Of a DNA stretch of 64,000 nucleotides, positions 10,027-18,255 are shown in pieces. The notes under the pieces were generated by a model, which worked only from the letters and a program-made list of their open reading frames with translations, ran no database searches and was not told the origin of the DNA. This DNA comes from Nitrospinales bacterium (GTDB lineage: Bacteria > Nitrospinota > Nitrospinia > Nitrospinales > VA-1), in assembly GCA_965223795.1 (NCBI GenBank), contig CBDCXL010000002.1, positions 2,976,001 to 3,040,000 of the forward strand, given 5' to 3'. A program made the translations under genes and the position numbers. The number at the start of each line of letters is the position of its first letter. Position 1 is the stretch's first letter.

Positions 10027-11301
10027 ATGACCTCTGCCGGGACCCGGTTGCGGGAACACACGAAAATTGAAAACGTCGATGTGCGGGAGATCGCGCGCCA
10101 GTTCGGCACGCCGCTCTATGTCTATTCGCTCGGCGCGCTGAGACAGTCGATCGCCGAGATCAAGCCGCTCGCGCCGGTGACCCGCTATGCGATGAAAGCC
10201 TGCTCGAACGCGGCGGTGCTGAAGGAGATGCTCAAGCAGGGCATCAAAATCGACGCGGTGAACATCTATGAAGTGAAGCGCGCGCTCAAGGCGGGATTCG
10301 CCGCGAAAGACATTCTGTTCACCAGCGATCTGTTCATCCAGCCCGCCGACGTGCGGTTCTGTCTCGACAACGGGATTTTCGTCAACTGCGGCACGCTGGG
10401 GATGGTGGAGGAGTACGGCCAGGCGCTCAAGCAGAACGGGGTCGGATCGAACAAGATCTCCATCCGCATCAATCCCGGTGAGGGCGTCGGCCATTCGAAA
10501 AAGACCAACACCGGCGGCCCGTACAGCAAGCACGGCATCTGGTTCGAGAACCTCGACGCGGTGCAGGCCATCGCGGACAGCTACGGCCTCACGATCTCCG
10601 GGGCGCACATCCACATCGGCTCCGGCGGCGACATGGAGCACTTGAAGCGCATCACCGGCAAGCTGGTGGAGTTCGCCAAGCGGTTCGACGGGCTCGAGGT
10701 CATCAATTTCGGCGGCGGCCTGCCGTACCAGTACGACCCGAACCAGCCGCAGGAGGACATCTCCGGCTACCGGGCGATTCTGGAAGAACGCACGGCGATT
10801 CTCGAACAGCACTTCGGCCGCAAGATCGTCTGCGAGATCGAGCCGGGACGGCGGTTCGTCGCGGGCTGCGGCACGATTCTCGGGGAGGTGCGCTCGCTCA
10901 ACCACACCTTCGACGAGGACGGCAAACGGCTGGACTACGTGCTGGTGAACGTGGGCTTCTGCCATCTGATCCGGCCGATGGCCTACGGTTCGTTTCACCC
11001 CATCCAGTTCGTCGGCGACGAGCTGGGACCGGAACAGGATCTCATTGTGGCCGGACCGGTGTGCGAGTCTGGCGACGTGCTGACGCAGAAGAACGAAGAG
11101 CCGGTCCCGCGCAGGCTGCCGATGCCGAAAGTGGGGGATCTCATTCTGGTGGGCGGCGCCGGCGCGTACGGTTTCGCCATGGCGTCCAACTACAACTCGC
11201 AGCCGCTGATCCCGGAGGTGGTGGTGGACGGCGACAGTTTCACGCTGACTCGCAGACGGCAGACCCTCGAAGATGTGATGCGGGAAGAGCAGGAGATCTG
11301 A
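10027..11301 (+). CDS. lysA: Diaminopimelate decarboxylase
   Basis: FGTPLYVY, YAMKA, HIHIGS, EPGR, AGPVCESGD, AGAYGFAMASNYN. Confidence 0.88.
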   Translation: MTSAGTRLREHTKIENVDVREIARQFGTPLYVYSLGALRQSIAEIKPLAPVTRYAMKACSNAAVLKEMLKQGIKIDAVNIYEVKRALKAGFAAKDILFTSDLFIQPADVRFCLDNGIFVNCGTLGMVEEYGQALKQNGVGSNKISIRINPGEGVGHSKKTNTGGPYSKHGIWFENLDAVQAIADSYGLTISGAHIHIGSGGDMEHLKRITGKLVEFAKRFDGLEVINFGGGLPYQYDPNQPQEDISGYRAILEERTAILEQHFGRKIVCEIEPGRRFVAGCGTILGEVRSLNHTFDEDGKRLDYVLVNVGFCHLIRPMAYGSFHPIQFVGDELGPEQDLIVAGPVCESGDVLTQKNEEPVPRRLPMPKVGDLILVGGAGAYGFAMASNYNSQPLIPEVVVDGDSFTLTRRRQTLEDVMREEQEI

Positions 11302-11336
11302 ATCACTCCAAAAAGCCGGCACCCCTCATATAAAAG

Positions 11337-11735
11337 ATGTCTGAAATCACACCCCTGCTGCGATTTCCGGGCGCCAAAAGACACGATCCTGACATAGACG
11401 CCTGGCTTGAAAATGACTTAAACCAACTCTACGCGGTTGCGCGATTCTGGTTTAAACGCATGCGTGAATGCGGCGGCGATGTCCGCGAACTCATGCATGA
11501 CGGATGTCCGACCGCCTGCGTGGGCGATGCGGCGTTTGCCTATGTGAATGTCTTCAAGGCGCATATGAATGTCGGGTTTTTCCTGGGCGCGTTCATGGAA
11601 GACCCGAACGGTTTGCTTGAAGGCACCGGAAAACGGATGCGGCATGTGAAAATCAGGCCCGGCAAGGAGGTGGATGAAGAAGAGCTAGGAAAACTCGTGA
11701 AAGCGAGCTATGAGATTGTCAAAAAGCACTCCTGA
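11337..11735 (+). CDS. DUF1801 (YdhG-like) domain protein
   Basis: HMNVGFFLGA..DPNGLLEGTGKRMRHVKI signature; more AT-rich codons than neighbours. Confidence 0.8.
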   Translation: MSEITPLLRFPGAKRHDPDIDAWLENDLNQLYAVARFWFKRMRECGGDVRELMHDGCPTACVGDAAFAYVNVFKAHMNVGFFLGAFMEDPNGLLEGTGKRMRHVKIRPGKEVDEEELGKLVKASYEIVKKHS

Positions 11736-11775
11736 GCCTTGATGTCTTCCCCTGTGTGGAAATTAAATCTTGTTC

Positions 11776-11823
11776 ACTCGCAGGCGGCAGATGCTCGACG
11801 ACGCGCTGCGCGAGGAAACAGAG
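11776..11823 (+). pseudogene. Orphan duplicate of the lysA 3' end
   Basis: Translates TRRRQMLDDALREETE versus lysA end TRRRQTLEDVMREEQE (11/16 identical). Confidence 0.7.
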
Positions 11824-11839
11824 TGGATTCTAAAAAAAG

Positions 11840-12160
11840 AATTGGACAGGATTGACAGGATAAAAAAGCCGAAAAGCAGTGGAATCGCGCAAAGCCGCTA
11901 AGCCCCCCTCACCTCGATCCTCTCCCCCCGGAGTGGGGAGAGGAGAAAAATGCCAAGGGGACAGGAAGCGGGAGTTGAAAACGGGAAGAGCTTCCAGAAT
12001 ATCCTTCTTCTCTAAACGGAGAGTTTGTGCAAGGCTCGACACCCGATTGTTTTATACGGGATGAGGTTCGAAGATTTATCCTGCCTGCCTTTTGGTTTTC
12101 TTTGCGTCTTCGCGGCTTTGCGCGATGATTTATTATCCGCTTTTCGTCCTGTCTGAATTT
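11840..12160. repeat. Nested inverted repeats with a REP-like hairpin
   Basis: ATCGCGCAAAGCCGCTAAG (11884-11902) pairs 18/19 with 12108-12126; hairpin CCTCTCCCC/GGGGAGAGG 11919-11943; GACAGGAT tandem repeat near 11845. Confidence 0.6.
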
Positions 12161-12186
12161 TCTCAAATTCGCCGGCCTTGATCATT

Positions 12187-12492
12187 TCAAAACAGCGCAT
12201 CCACCTTCTGGGCCATCTGCACGTCGGCCAGGGTGACGCCGCTTGCGGTGTGGGTCCAGTAGCGCACGGTGACGCGCTTGTAGTGGATGAAGATGTCCGG
12301 ATGATGATTGTTTTCCTCGGCCAGCTCCGCCACCTTGTGGACAAAATCGATGCCTTCCATGTACTTGCGGGCGTGCTTGACCCGCTCGATGTAAGGGACG
12401 CCCTTGTCGTTTTTCCCGGTTTTCCACTCCGGCGCCATTGCCTTCAGTTTTTCGTCCAGTTCGGTTTCGGTCAATGCGGTCTTTTCCACCAT
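12187..12492 (-). CDS. Pterin-4-alpha-carbinolamine dehydratase
   Basis: AEENNHHPDI..Y..V....WTH..SGVT..D motif; AGGAG RBS before ATG 12492. Confidence 0.9.
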   Translation of the reverse strand: MVEKTALTETELDEKLKAMAPEWKTGKNDKGVPYIERVKHARKYMEGIDFVHKVAELAEENNHHPDIFIHYKRVTVRYWTHTASGVTLADVQMAQKVDALF

Positions 12493-12731
12493 GTTCGCCA
12501 CTCCTGATCGTTGCGTTCGCAATGGGGATATTCCGCATGAATGATTGCGGGAAACCCCTTTCGTCGTTTGATTTTGAGAGGATCTTTGTTAAGTTAAAAA
12601 ATTATAACAGAAACGCGCTCTCGCACCATTGCGGCGCCGGATTTTCCGCGTATGCGGTTTCCTTCCTGGAAAGCGGATGCAGCGACGCCGGAGACGGAAC
12701 GAACCTTTTGGACCCCAAGTTGAGGAAACCC

Positions 12732-13523
12732 ATGAAGACCATCAAATTCCTGCTATCCATCGCTCTTATTCTCACCGTCGTGTCCGGTGTTCAGGCTAAA
12801 GAGGAAGGCGTCAGAATGTTCGGCATCGAGGAGGCGACCATTCATTATAAAATGGAAGGGTCGATGAACGGCACGCGCGTTCAGTATTTTAAGGATTACG
12901 GCAAGCAGCTCGCGGAAGAGATGAGATCCGAAATGAACATCATGGGCATGTCCGTGAAGCAGCACAACCGGACCATCACGCAGGGACCCTGGGTGGTGAG
13001 CATCGATCTGGAAAAGAACACCGCGTCGCGCATGCGCAATCCCATGTACGAGCAGATCAAGAAAAGCGCCGCGGCCGGGAAGGGCAAAAAAGCCTCGGAG
13101 CGTTACATGAAGGCGATGGGCGGCACGGACACGGGCAAAACCGCGAAATACGCCGGTGAGAAATGCCGCATCTGGGACGTTCCCCGTTTTGTTTCGAAAA
13201 TGTGCGTCACCGACGACGGGCTGCCGGTCTGGCATGAGAGCAACGTCGCGGGCATGAAGAGCACGCACGTCGCCACGAAGATCATCAAGGGCGATCCGGG
13301 GCCGGCCAGCGTCTATGAAGTCCCCAAGGGCATGACGGTCACGGAGGAGAAAATGCCCGACCTCAGCCAGCTTCAGGAGATGCGCAAGCACCGCGGCAAG
13401 GTGATGCAGGAGATGCAGCGGGAGCGGGAAAACAACCCGGATGCCGCGCAGATGCCCGATATGAGAGATATGCCGGACATCAACAAGCTGATGGAGATGT
13501 TCAAGCCCAAGGGACAGAACTGA
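12732..13523 (+). CDS. Exported hypothetical protein (DUF4412-like), Met-rich
   Basis: GAGG RBS, signal peptide MKTIKFLLSIALILTVVSGVQA, TGKTAKYAGEKC motif, MPD repeats at the C-terminus. Confidence 0.65.
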   Translation: MKTIKFLLSIALILTVVSGVQAKEEGVRMFGIEEATIHYKMEGSMNGTRVQYFKDYGKQLAEEMRSEMNIMGMSVKQHNRTITQGPWVVSIDLEKNTASRMRNPMYEQIKKSAAAGKGKKASERYMKAMGGTDTGKTAKYAGEKCRIWDVPRFVSKMCVTDDGLPVWHESNVAGMKSTHVATKIIKGDPGPASVYEVPKGMTVTEEKMPDLSQLQEMRKHRGKVMQEMQRERENNPDAAQMPDMRDMPDINKLMEMFKPKGQN

Positions 13524-14254
13524 CCGGAGAAAACCTGGCTGAAACCGGAAAAGATGCCGTCCGCAAACTGATCTGGAAGCACCTGCGCGAGGCCAGGCTC
13601 GCGCGCTTTCCGTTTCCCGTTGATCACCGCATTCCCAATTTCAAGGGCGCCGAAGCCGCCGCGCAGCGGCTCGCGGAAGAACCGTTCTACCGCGATGCGC
13701 GCATCCTGAAGTGCAATCCGGACAGCCCGCAGCGGCCGCTGCGTCTTAAAGCGCTCGAGGACGGCAAAACCGTGTACATGGCGGTGCCGCGCCTGCGTGC
13801 AAGGGAATGCTTTGTGCGCCTCGATCCCGATCGAATCGACCCTGAAAATTTCAAATCCGCCGCCAGCATTGCCGGAGCGGAAACATTCGGCGAGCCGGTG
13901 CGTCCGGATCAAATGACCAAAATCGATCTCATCATCGCGGGTTCGGTGGCGGTGCGGGAAAACGGTGCGCGGGTGGGGAAGGGCGGCGGTTACTCGGACC
14001 TGGAATTCGCCATCGCCGCGGAACTCGGAATCGTGACGCGGGAAACGAGGATCGTCACCACGGTACACGACGATCAGGTGGTGCAGGAAGACTGGCCGGT
14101 CGCGCCGTATGACATCCCGCTGGATTGCATCGTCACGCCGACGCGGACGATCGCGTGCAAGGACCGTCATCCGCGGCCGAAAGGGATCCTGTGGGATCTT
14201 CTAAAAGAAGAAATGCTGAACTCGATTCCGATTTTGCAGGAATGGAAAAAATAG
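13520..14254 (+). CDS. 5-formyltetrahydrofolate cyclo-ligase paralog (COG0212/MTHFSD-like); probable non-canonical start
   Basis: Frame extends upstream of 13772 with KDAVRKLIW..ARFPFPVDHRIPNFKGAE, KCNPDSPQRPLR; also GARVGKGGGYSDLE, TTVHD.QV, D.IVTP. Confidence 0.85.
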   Translation: MTGENLAETGKDAVRKLIWKHLREARLARFPFPVDHRIPNFKGAEAAAQRLAEEPFYRDARILKCNPDSPQRPLRLKALEDGKTVYMAVPRLRARECFVRLDPDRIDPENFKSAASIAGAETFGEPVRPDQMTKIDLIIAGSVAVRENGARVGKGGGYSDLEFAIAAELGIVTRETRIVTTVHDDQVVQEDWPVAPYDIPLDCIVTPTRTIACKDRHPRPKGILWDLLKEEMLNSIPILQEWKK

Positions 14255-14257
14255 TAT

Positions 14258-15079
14258 TCAGCCTGGCTTTGTTGCTTTGAAGGCGATGGCCTGCAGCGGA
14301 ATTTTCAGCGGGCGCGGACCGAATTCGTCTTCGATGGCTTGAGCGACGGCTTTCGTGACCTCGCTTGCTTTCGCAATCGCCCGTTCGTTGATCTCGATGA
14401 TACCGGGATTGCCTTCCACCAATCCCCTGGCGACATGAACGGGGTCCAGTCCCTCTATCGTTTCAGACACGATATCAAACTCGATATTGTTGAACCCCGC
14501 CTGGGCCAGCAGATTTTTTATGGGATCGATATCATAAAAACCGAAGGGGGTTTTCAAAAACTTCGGCGGTTCGTCGTCAAAAAATCCGGAGATCGTTTCG
14601 TGAGCGATCGCAACGCATTTATTCTGTTCGAATGAATCCCATACATTGAACGCCAGCCGCCCACCGGGCTTGAGGACCCGGCTCATTTCGGTCAACGCTT
14701 TCAGCTTGTCGGGAAAGAACATGATGCCGAACTGGCACAACACCAGGTCGAATTCTAAATCCTCGAACGGCAGCGCCATCGCATCCGCGATCTCAAACGT
14801 GACCCCCGGTAAATGCCCCTGCTTTTTTTGGGCGTGTTCGATCATGGCGCCGTTGAGATCGGTTGCCAGGATCACCGCCGTTTCGGGCGACGCCTTGCGG
14901 AAATGGTTTGTGGCGATACCGGTGCCGCAGGCCACTTCGAGTATTTTGCTGTGGGAAGCGATGTGGTCCCGAACTCGTGAAGCCAGATCCTTCGCCGTGA
15001 ACTCGAACAGCAAGGGGCCGAGATACGTGTCGTAGATTTCCGGAATCGTTCCTGTGAATTGTGAGTGGGACTGACTCAT
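14258..15079 (-). CDS. Class I SAM-dependent methyltransferase (UbiE-like)
   Basis: ILEVACGTG, ADAMALPF, CQFGIMFFPD, RVLKPGG. Confidence 0.88.
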   Translation of the reverse strand: MSQSHSQFTGTIPEIYDTYLGPLLFEFTAKDLASRVRDHIASHSKILEVACGTGIATNHFRKASPETAVILATDLNGAMIEHAQKKQGHLPGVTFEIADAMALPFEDLEFDLVLCQFGIMFFPDKLKALTEMSRVLKPGGRLAFNVWDSFEQNKCVAIAHETISGFFDDEPPKFLKTPFGFYDIDPIKNLLAQAGFNNIEFDIVSETIEGLDPVHVARGLVEGNPGIIEINERAIAKASEVTKAVAQAIEDEFGPRPLKIPLQAIAFKATKPG

Positions 15080-15224
15080 GACTTTCAATGGCAGTTGCAG
15101 ATTCTGCAACCGCAACGGCTCCTGCGTGGTTGTGACCGGGAGTGGAAATACTACACCAAAATCCGCACCGGTGCAAAACCGACGCGGATGACGGCCTGCT
15201 GCATTTTCTCATTCCGTCCCCCCT

Positions 15225-15482
15225 TCATTCCTTGATCAATAAATCCAGTTTCTTGCGCAGGGTCACGGGGTGGACTTTGTAGACGAACGTGTCCTCGCCG
15301 TTGATGCGCAGGACGGGGATCTTTTCCTTGTAGGCCGCGAACAGTCCGGCGTCGGTGGTGATGTCGGTCAGGGTGAGGTCCGCCGGGTAGGCGGGCAGGA
15401 CCTGACGCACGACGTCTTTGGCGTGGTCGCAGAGGGGGCAGTCGTCTTTGGTCAGGATTTCAAGCTGGATGCGGCCGGCCAT
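15225..15482 (-). CDS. Glutaredoxin-like protein (DUF836)
   Basis: TKDDCPLCD, DI.....L...Y...IPVL. Confidence 0.85.
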   Translation of the reverse strand: MAGRIQLEILTKDDCPLCDHAKDVVRQVLPAYPADLTLTDITTDAGLFAAYKEKIPVLRINGEDTFVYKVHPVTLRKKLDLLIKE

Positions 15483-15486
15483 GCGG

Positions 15487-16500
15487 CTACATGGTGTGGG
15501 TCATGGTGGTGACTTTGCCCCAGATGATGAGCCCGACCATCAGCACCACCATGAAGATCACGAACGCGGTGGCGATGGGGCGTTTCTGCCAGCGGCGTTC
15601 CTCGCTGCGGTCGATGAAGGGAATGATCACCAGGATGCCGACCAGCGCAAGCGGCGCCACCACGAGAAACGGCACCCACAGGTTTTCCAGCGCGTACAGC
15701 CACACGAACTGCCACGGCGGCTTGGTGACTTCCAGCCCCGGTATCGGCTTGTCTCCAAGCGGCGGCGCGATGAGCAGCGCCAGGATGCAGATGAGCAGAA
15801 ACACGCCGGCTCCGCCGCGTCTCAGGTACGCCATGTGCTGGGTGAACTTGATGGTCCGGCCGCCTTCGGGTTTGTCCGGCAGCGGCGAGAGCTTGTGGTA
15901 CTTGATGTAGAACATGTGCAGGCCCAGCAGCATCACGGTGATGAGCGGCAGCAGCGAGATGTGCGCCATGTAGATGCGCGAGAGCAGCGGCACGCCCTGG
16001 GCGAATTTTTCGGTGAACGGCGCGCCGAAAATGCCCATGCCCTCGACCACCCAGAGGAAGTGGTCCAGCGCTTCGTAGGCTTCCTGGTCCCACTTGAGCA
16101 CGGTGCCGGTGAACAGCAGGTTCACCATCATCAGCAGCAGCGCGACGCCGATGAGCCAGTTGACCTCACGCGGTTTTTTGTAGGCGGCGGTCCAGAACAC
16201 GCGCAGCATGTGCAGGACGAGCGTCACGGTGAGCACCTCCGCCGCCCAGAAATGGATGCCGCGCACAAACCAGCCCAGGTAGATCTGATCGTTCAGGTAG
16301 TGCAGGCTCTGGTTGGCGCGCTCGGGGTCGGGGATGTAAAACTGCGCCAGCAGGATGCCGCTCAGCACCAGGATGGTGAAGGCGGAGGCGGTCATGCCGC
16401 CGAGGGAATACGGGATCGTGTTGGCGTGCTCCTCGATGTCGTATTCGAGCAGTTGCAGGCCGAGGCGTTCCTTGATGATCTGCGTGATGCCGTTCGCCAT
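15487..16500 (-). CDS. Cytochrome b (bc/b6f-complex family, fused N- and C-terminal parts)
   Basis: [35 protein letters not shown]-x14-H second pair, PPWQF in place of PEWY. Confidence 0.9.
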   Translation of the reverse strand: MANGITQIIKERLGLQLLEYDIEEHANTIPYSLGGMTASAFTILVLSGILLAQFYIPDPERANQSLHYLNDQIYLGWFVRGIHFWAAEVLTVTLVLHMLRVFWTAAYKKPREVNWLIGVALLLMMVNLLFTGTVLKWDQEAYEALDHFLWVVEGMGIFGAPFTEKFAQGVPLLSRIYMAHISLLPLITVMLLGLHMFYIKYHKLSPLPDKPEGGRTIKFTQHMAYLRRGGAGVFLLICILALLIAPPLGDKPIPGLEVTKPPWQFVWLYALENLWVPFLVVAPLALVGILVIIPFIDRSEERRWQKRPIATAFVIFMVVLMVGLIIWGKVTTMTHTM

Positions 16501-16562
16501 CGCTGTATGGGGTGACCCGGCTCGCCGGGTGATGGATCAGGTTCAATCCCGGAGACCGGGAA

Positions 16563-17021
16563 TCATTCGTTGGGCCGTTTGAAGCTCAGAAATCCGAACA
16601 GCAGTCCGGACAGCACCGTGATCGCCGCCGCCACGCCGTAGCCCTTGGAAGCGGGGGAAACCATCTCGTGCTCGGCGAGCTCGACTTCCGGCATGTTGTG
16701 ATCCGCGTGCCCGCCGCCGCTGTGATCGTCGTGCTGCATCAACTCCATGTCCATCGCCGGCGCTTCGCCGCCCAGAAGATCCTGCCCGGAAAAAAGATCC
16801 GGGCTGTCCATCGCTTCGCCTTCGGCGTCCGCGGCATAGATCGAATCGGCTGCCGGGCCTGCGTCTTCTTCTCCTGCAGCGTAGATGGAATCCATCGCCG
16901 CGGGCGCTTCCGCTTCCACGGCCGCGGCCTCTTCCTCCTCGTGCTGGTGGCCGCCGTGCGCGAAAGCCTGCGCGGCGGTGAAAAACAACGCGATTGCCAG
17001 AGCCAGAGTGCAGGGTTTCAT
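16563..17021 (-). CDS. Exported His/acidic-rich protein with C-terminal membrane anchor
   Basis: Signal peptide ending AFA, then HGGHQH, DSIYAA twice, HDDHSGGGHADH, C-terminal TM. Confidence 0.7.
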   Translation of the reverse strand: MKPCTLALAIALFFTAAQAFAHGGHQHEEEEAAAVEAEAPAAMDSIYAAGEEDAGPAADSIYAADAEGEAMDSPDLFSGQDLLGGEAPAMDMELMQHDDHSGGGHADHNMPEVELAEHEMVSPASKGYGVAAAITVLSGLLFGFLSFKRPNE

Positions 17022-17022
17022 A

Positions 17023-17586
17023 TCAGCTCTCCAGGACGATCCGCGCGAACGCTTCCATCATCTCGTCGGTGGCCCAGTCGTCCGGACCGATCTTCTTGTA
17101 GATGATGAGCCCGTCGCGGTTGACGATGAAAGTTTCGGGAACGCCGGTGGTTTTGTAGCGCTGCTTGGCGATTTCGCTTTCCGGGTCCAGCAGCACCGGG
17201 AAGGTCAGGTTGTATTTGTCCATGAACGGCTGGATCAGCGATGGGTCCTTGTCGATGCTGATGGTCAGCATCTCGAAGCCGTCATCTTTGTAGCGCTGGT
17301 AGAGTTTTTCCATCGAGGGCATCTCCACCTCGCAGGTGCCGCACCAGGTGGCCCAGAAATTGATGAACACCACCTTGCCGCGGTAGTCCAGCAGGTTCAC
17401 CTTGCCGCCGGTGAGCGATTCCAGCTCGAAATTGGGCGCGAGAAAGGACACCGAGGGGTATTCCGTCTTGCCCGGTTCCAGCGGCTGCTTGTTCAGCGTG
17501 ATGATGAAGATGGACAGCAGCGCCGTCACGAGAAAGGCGTAAGGGATGTAGATGCCGACGGGTTTCTGTTCGATTGCGTTTTCCAT
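17023..17586 (-). CDS. TlpA/ResA family thiol-disulfide oxidoreductase
   Basis: N-terminal TM, APNFEL, INFWATWCGTC..EMP, GVPETFIVNRDG. Confidence 0.92.
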   Translation of the reverse strand: MENAIEQKPVGIYIPYAFLVTALLSIFIITLNKQPLEPGKTEYPSVSFLAPNFELESLTGGKVNLLDYRGKVVFINFWATWCGTCEVEMPSMEKLYQRYKDDGFEMLTISIDKDPSLIQPFMDKYNLTFPVLLDPESEIAKQRYKTTGVPETFIVNRDGLIIYKKIGPDDWATDEMMEAFARIVLES

Positions 17587-17593
17587 GGTTCTA

Positions 17594-18076
17594 TTATAAC
17601 GCCTTATGCTTTTTGTAGGGGCGGTAGAATTTCTTGTCGATGGCGATCACGATGTCGTCGAGCGTGTAGCCCTGTTTGTACAGCTCGTAGGCATACAGCA
17701 CCTCGTTGATGCAGATGTCGCACTTGGCGCCGTGCCTATTGGTGAAGCAGGTCAGCAGCGTCTTGTGCCCGTGCTCCTTCTTGCAGTAGCAATAGCAGAA
17801 CTGGCTGTCGATGACCTTGGGGATCTCCGCCGCGATGCGGTAGGCCTGCGCCACCTTGCCGGTGAACAGCGCGTCCGAGAGCACTGGCCGCGTTTCGATG
17901 AGCGTTCCCGTCGCGGGCGCCACCGGCTGCACGTCTGCGGGCGGCTTGGTGGCCACGTACACCCCGCCCAGGGCGATGACCACGGCCAGAGCCAGGCCGA
18001 TGAGCTTCGCCTTGCCTTTGGATTGCGCTTTCGGGGCGGAGGATTTGGGTTTGTTGCGGGATTTTTTCTTTCCCAT
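17594..18076 (-). CDS. PCYCGC/CYCxC motif membrane-anchored protein
   Basis: TM helix, AY.IA..IP, FCYCYC...GH..LL.CF...HGAKCDIC. Confidence 0.8.
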   Translation of the reverse strand: MGKKKSRNKPKSSAPKAQSKGKAKLIGLALAVVIALGGVYVATKPPADVQPVAPATGTLIETRPVLSDALFTGKVAQAYRIAAEIPKVIDSQFCYCYCKKEHGHKTLLTCFTNRHGAKCDICINEVLYAYELYKQGYTLDDIVIAIDKKFYRPYKKHKAL

Positions 18077-18131
18077 GGGAATTTCAGTGGTTTTGACCGC
18101 ACGCGGTGTGGGAAACGTTCATGAATCTAAC

Positions 18132-18160
18132 ATTATAAGAATTGCCCGGACGGGATTCAA
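18132..18160 (-). promoter_or_regulatory. Sigma70-type promoter of the CYCYC-TlpA-cytochrome b operon
   Basis: Minus strand TTGAAT-N17-TATAAT, 55 bp upstream of ATG 18076. Confidence 0.7.
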
Positions 18161-18255
18161 GGGGTTTGGGCTTTGGCGGGTAAGATAGATGCACAGTAAA
18201 TGACCAGTTATTCAACGGCACTCCCTGCGTCCCGGCTGGATGCGGTTGCTGCGGT

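Noticed and set aside
14164..15196. 12-bp inverted match CCGTCATCCGCG flanking the methyltransferase gene
   Set aside because: Short, GC-rich and one arm lies inside a coding region; plausibly chance
18125..18152. dif-like site ATCTAACATTA-TAAGAA-TTGCCCGGACG, given that xerC is in the window
   Set aside because: The XerC-side arm matches poorly, and the sequence is fully explained by a TTGAAT-N17-TATAAT promoter on the minus strand
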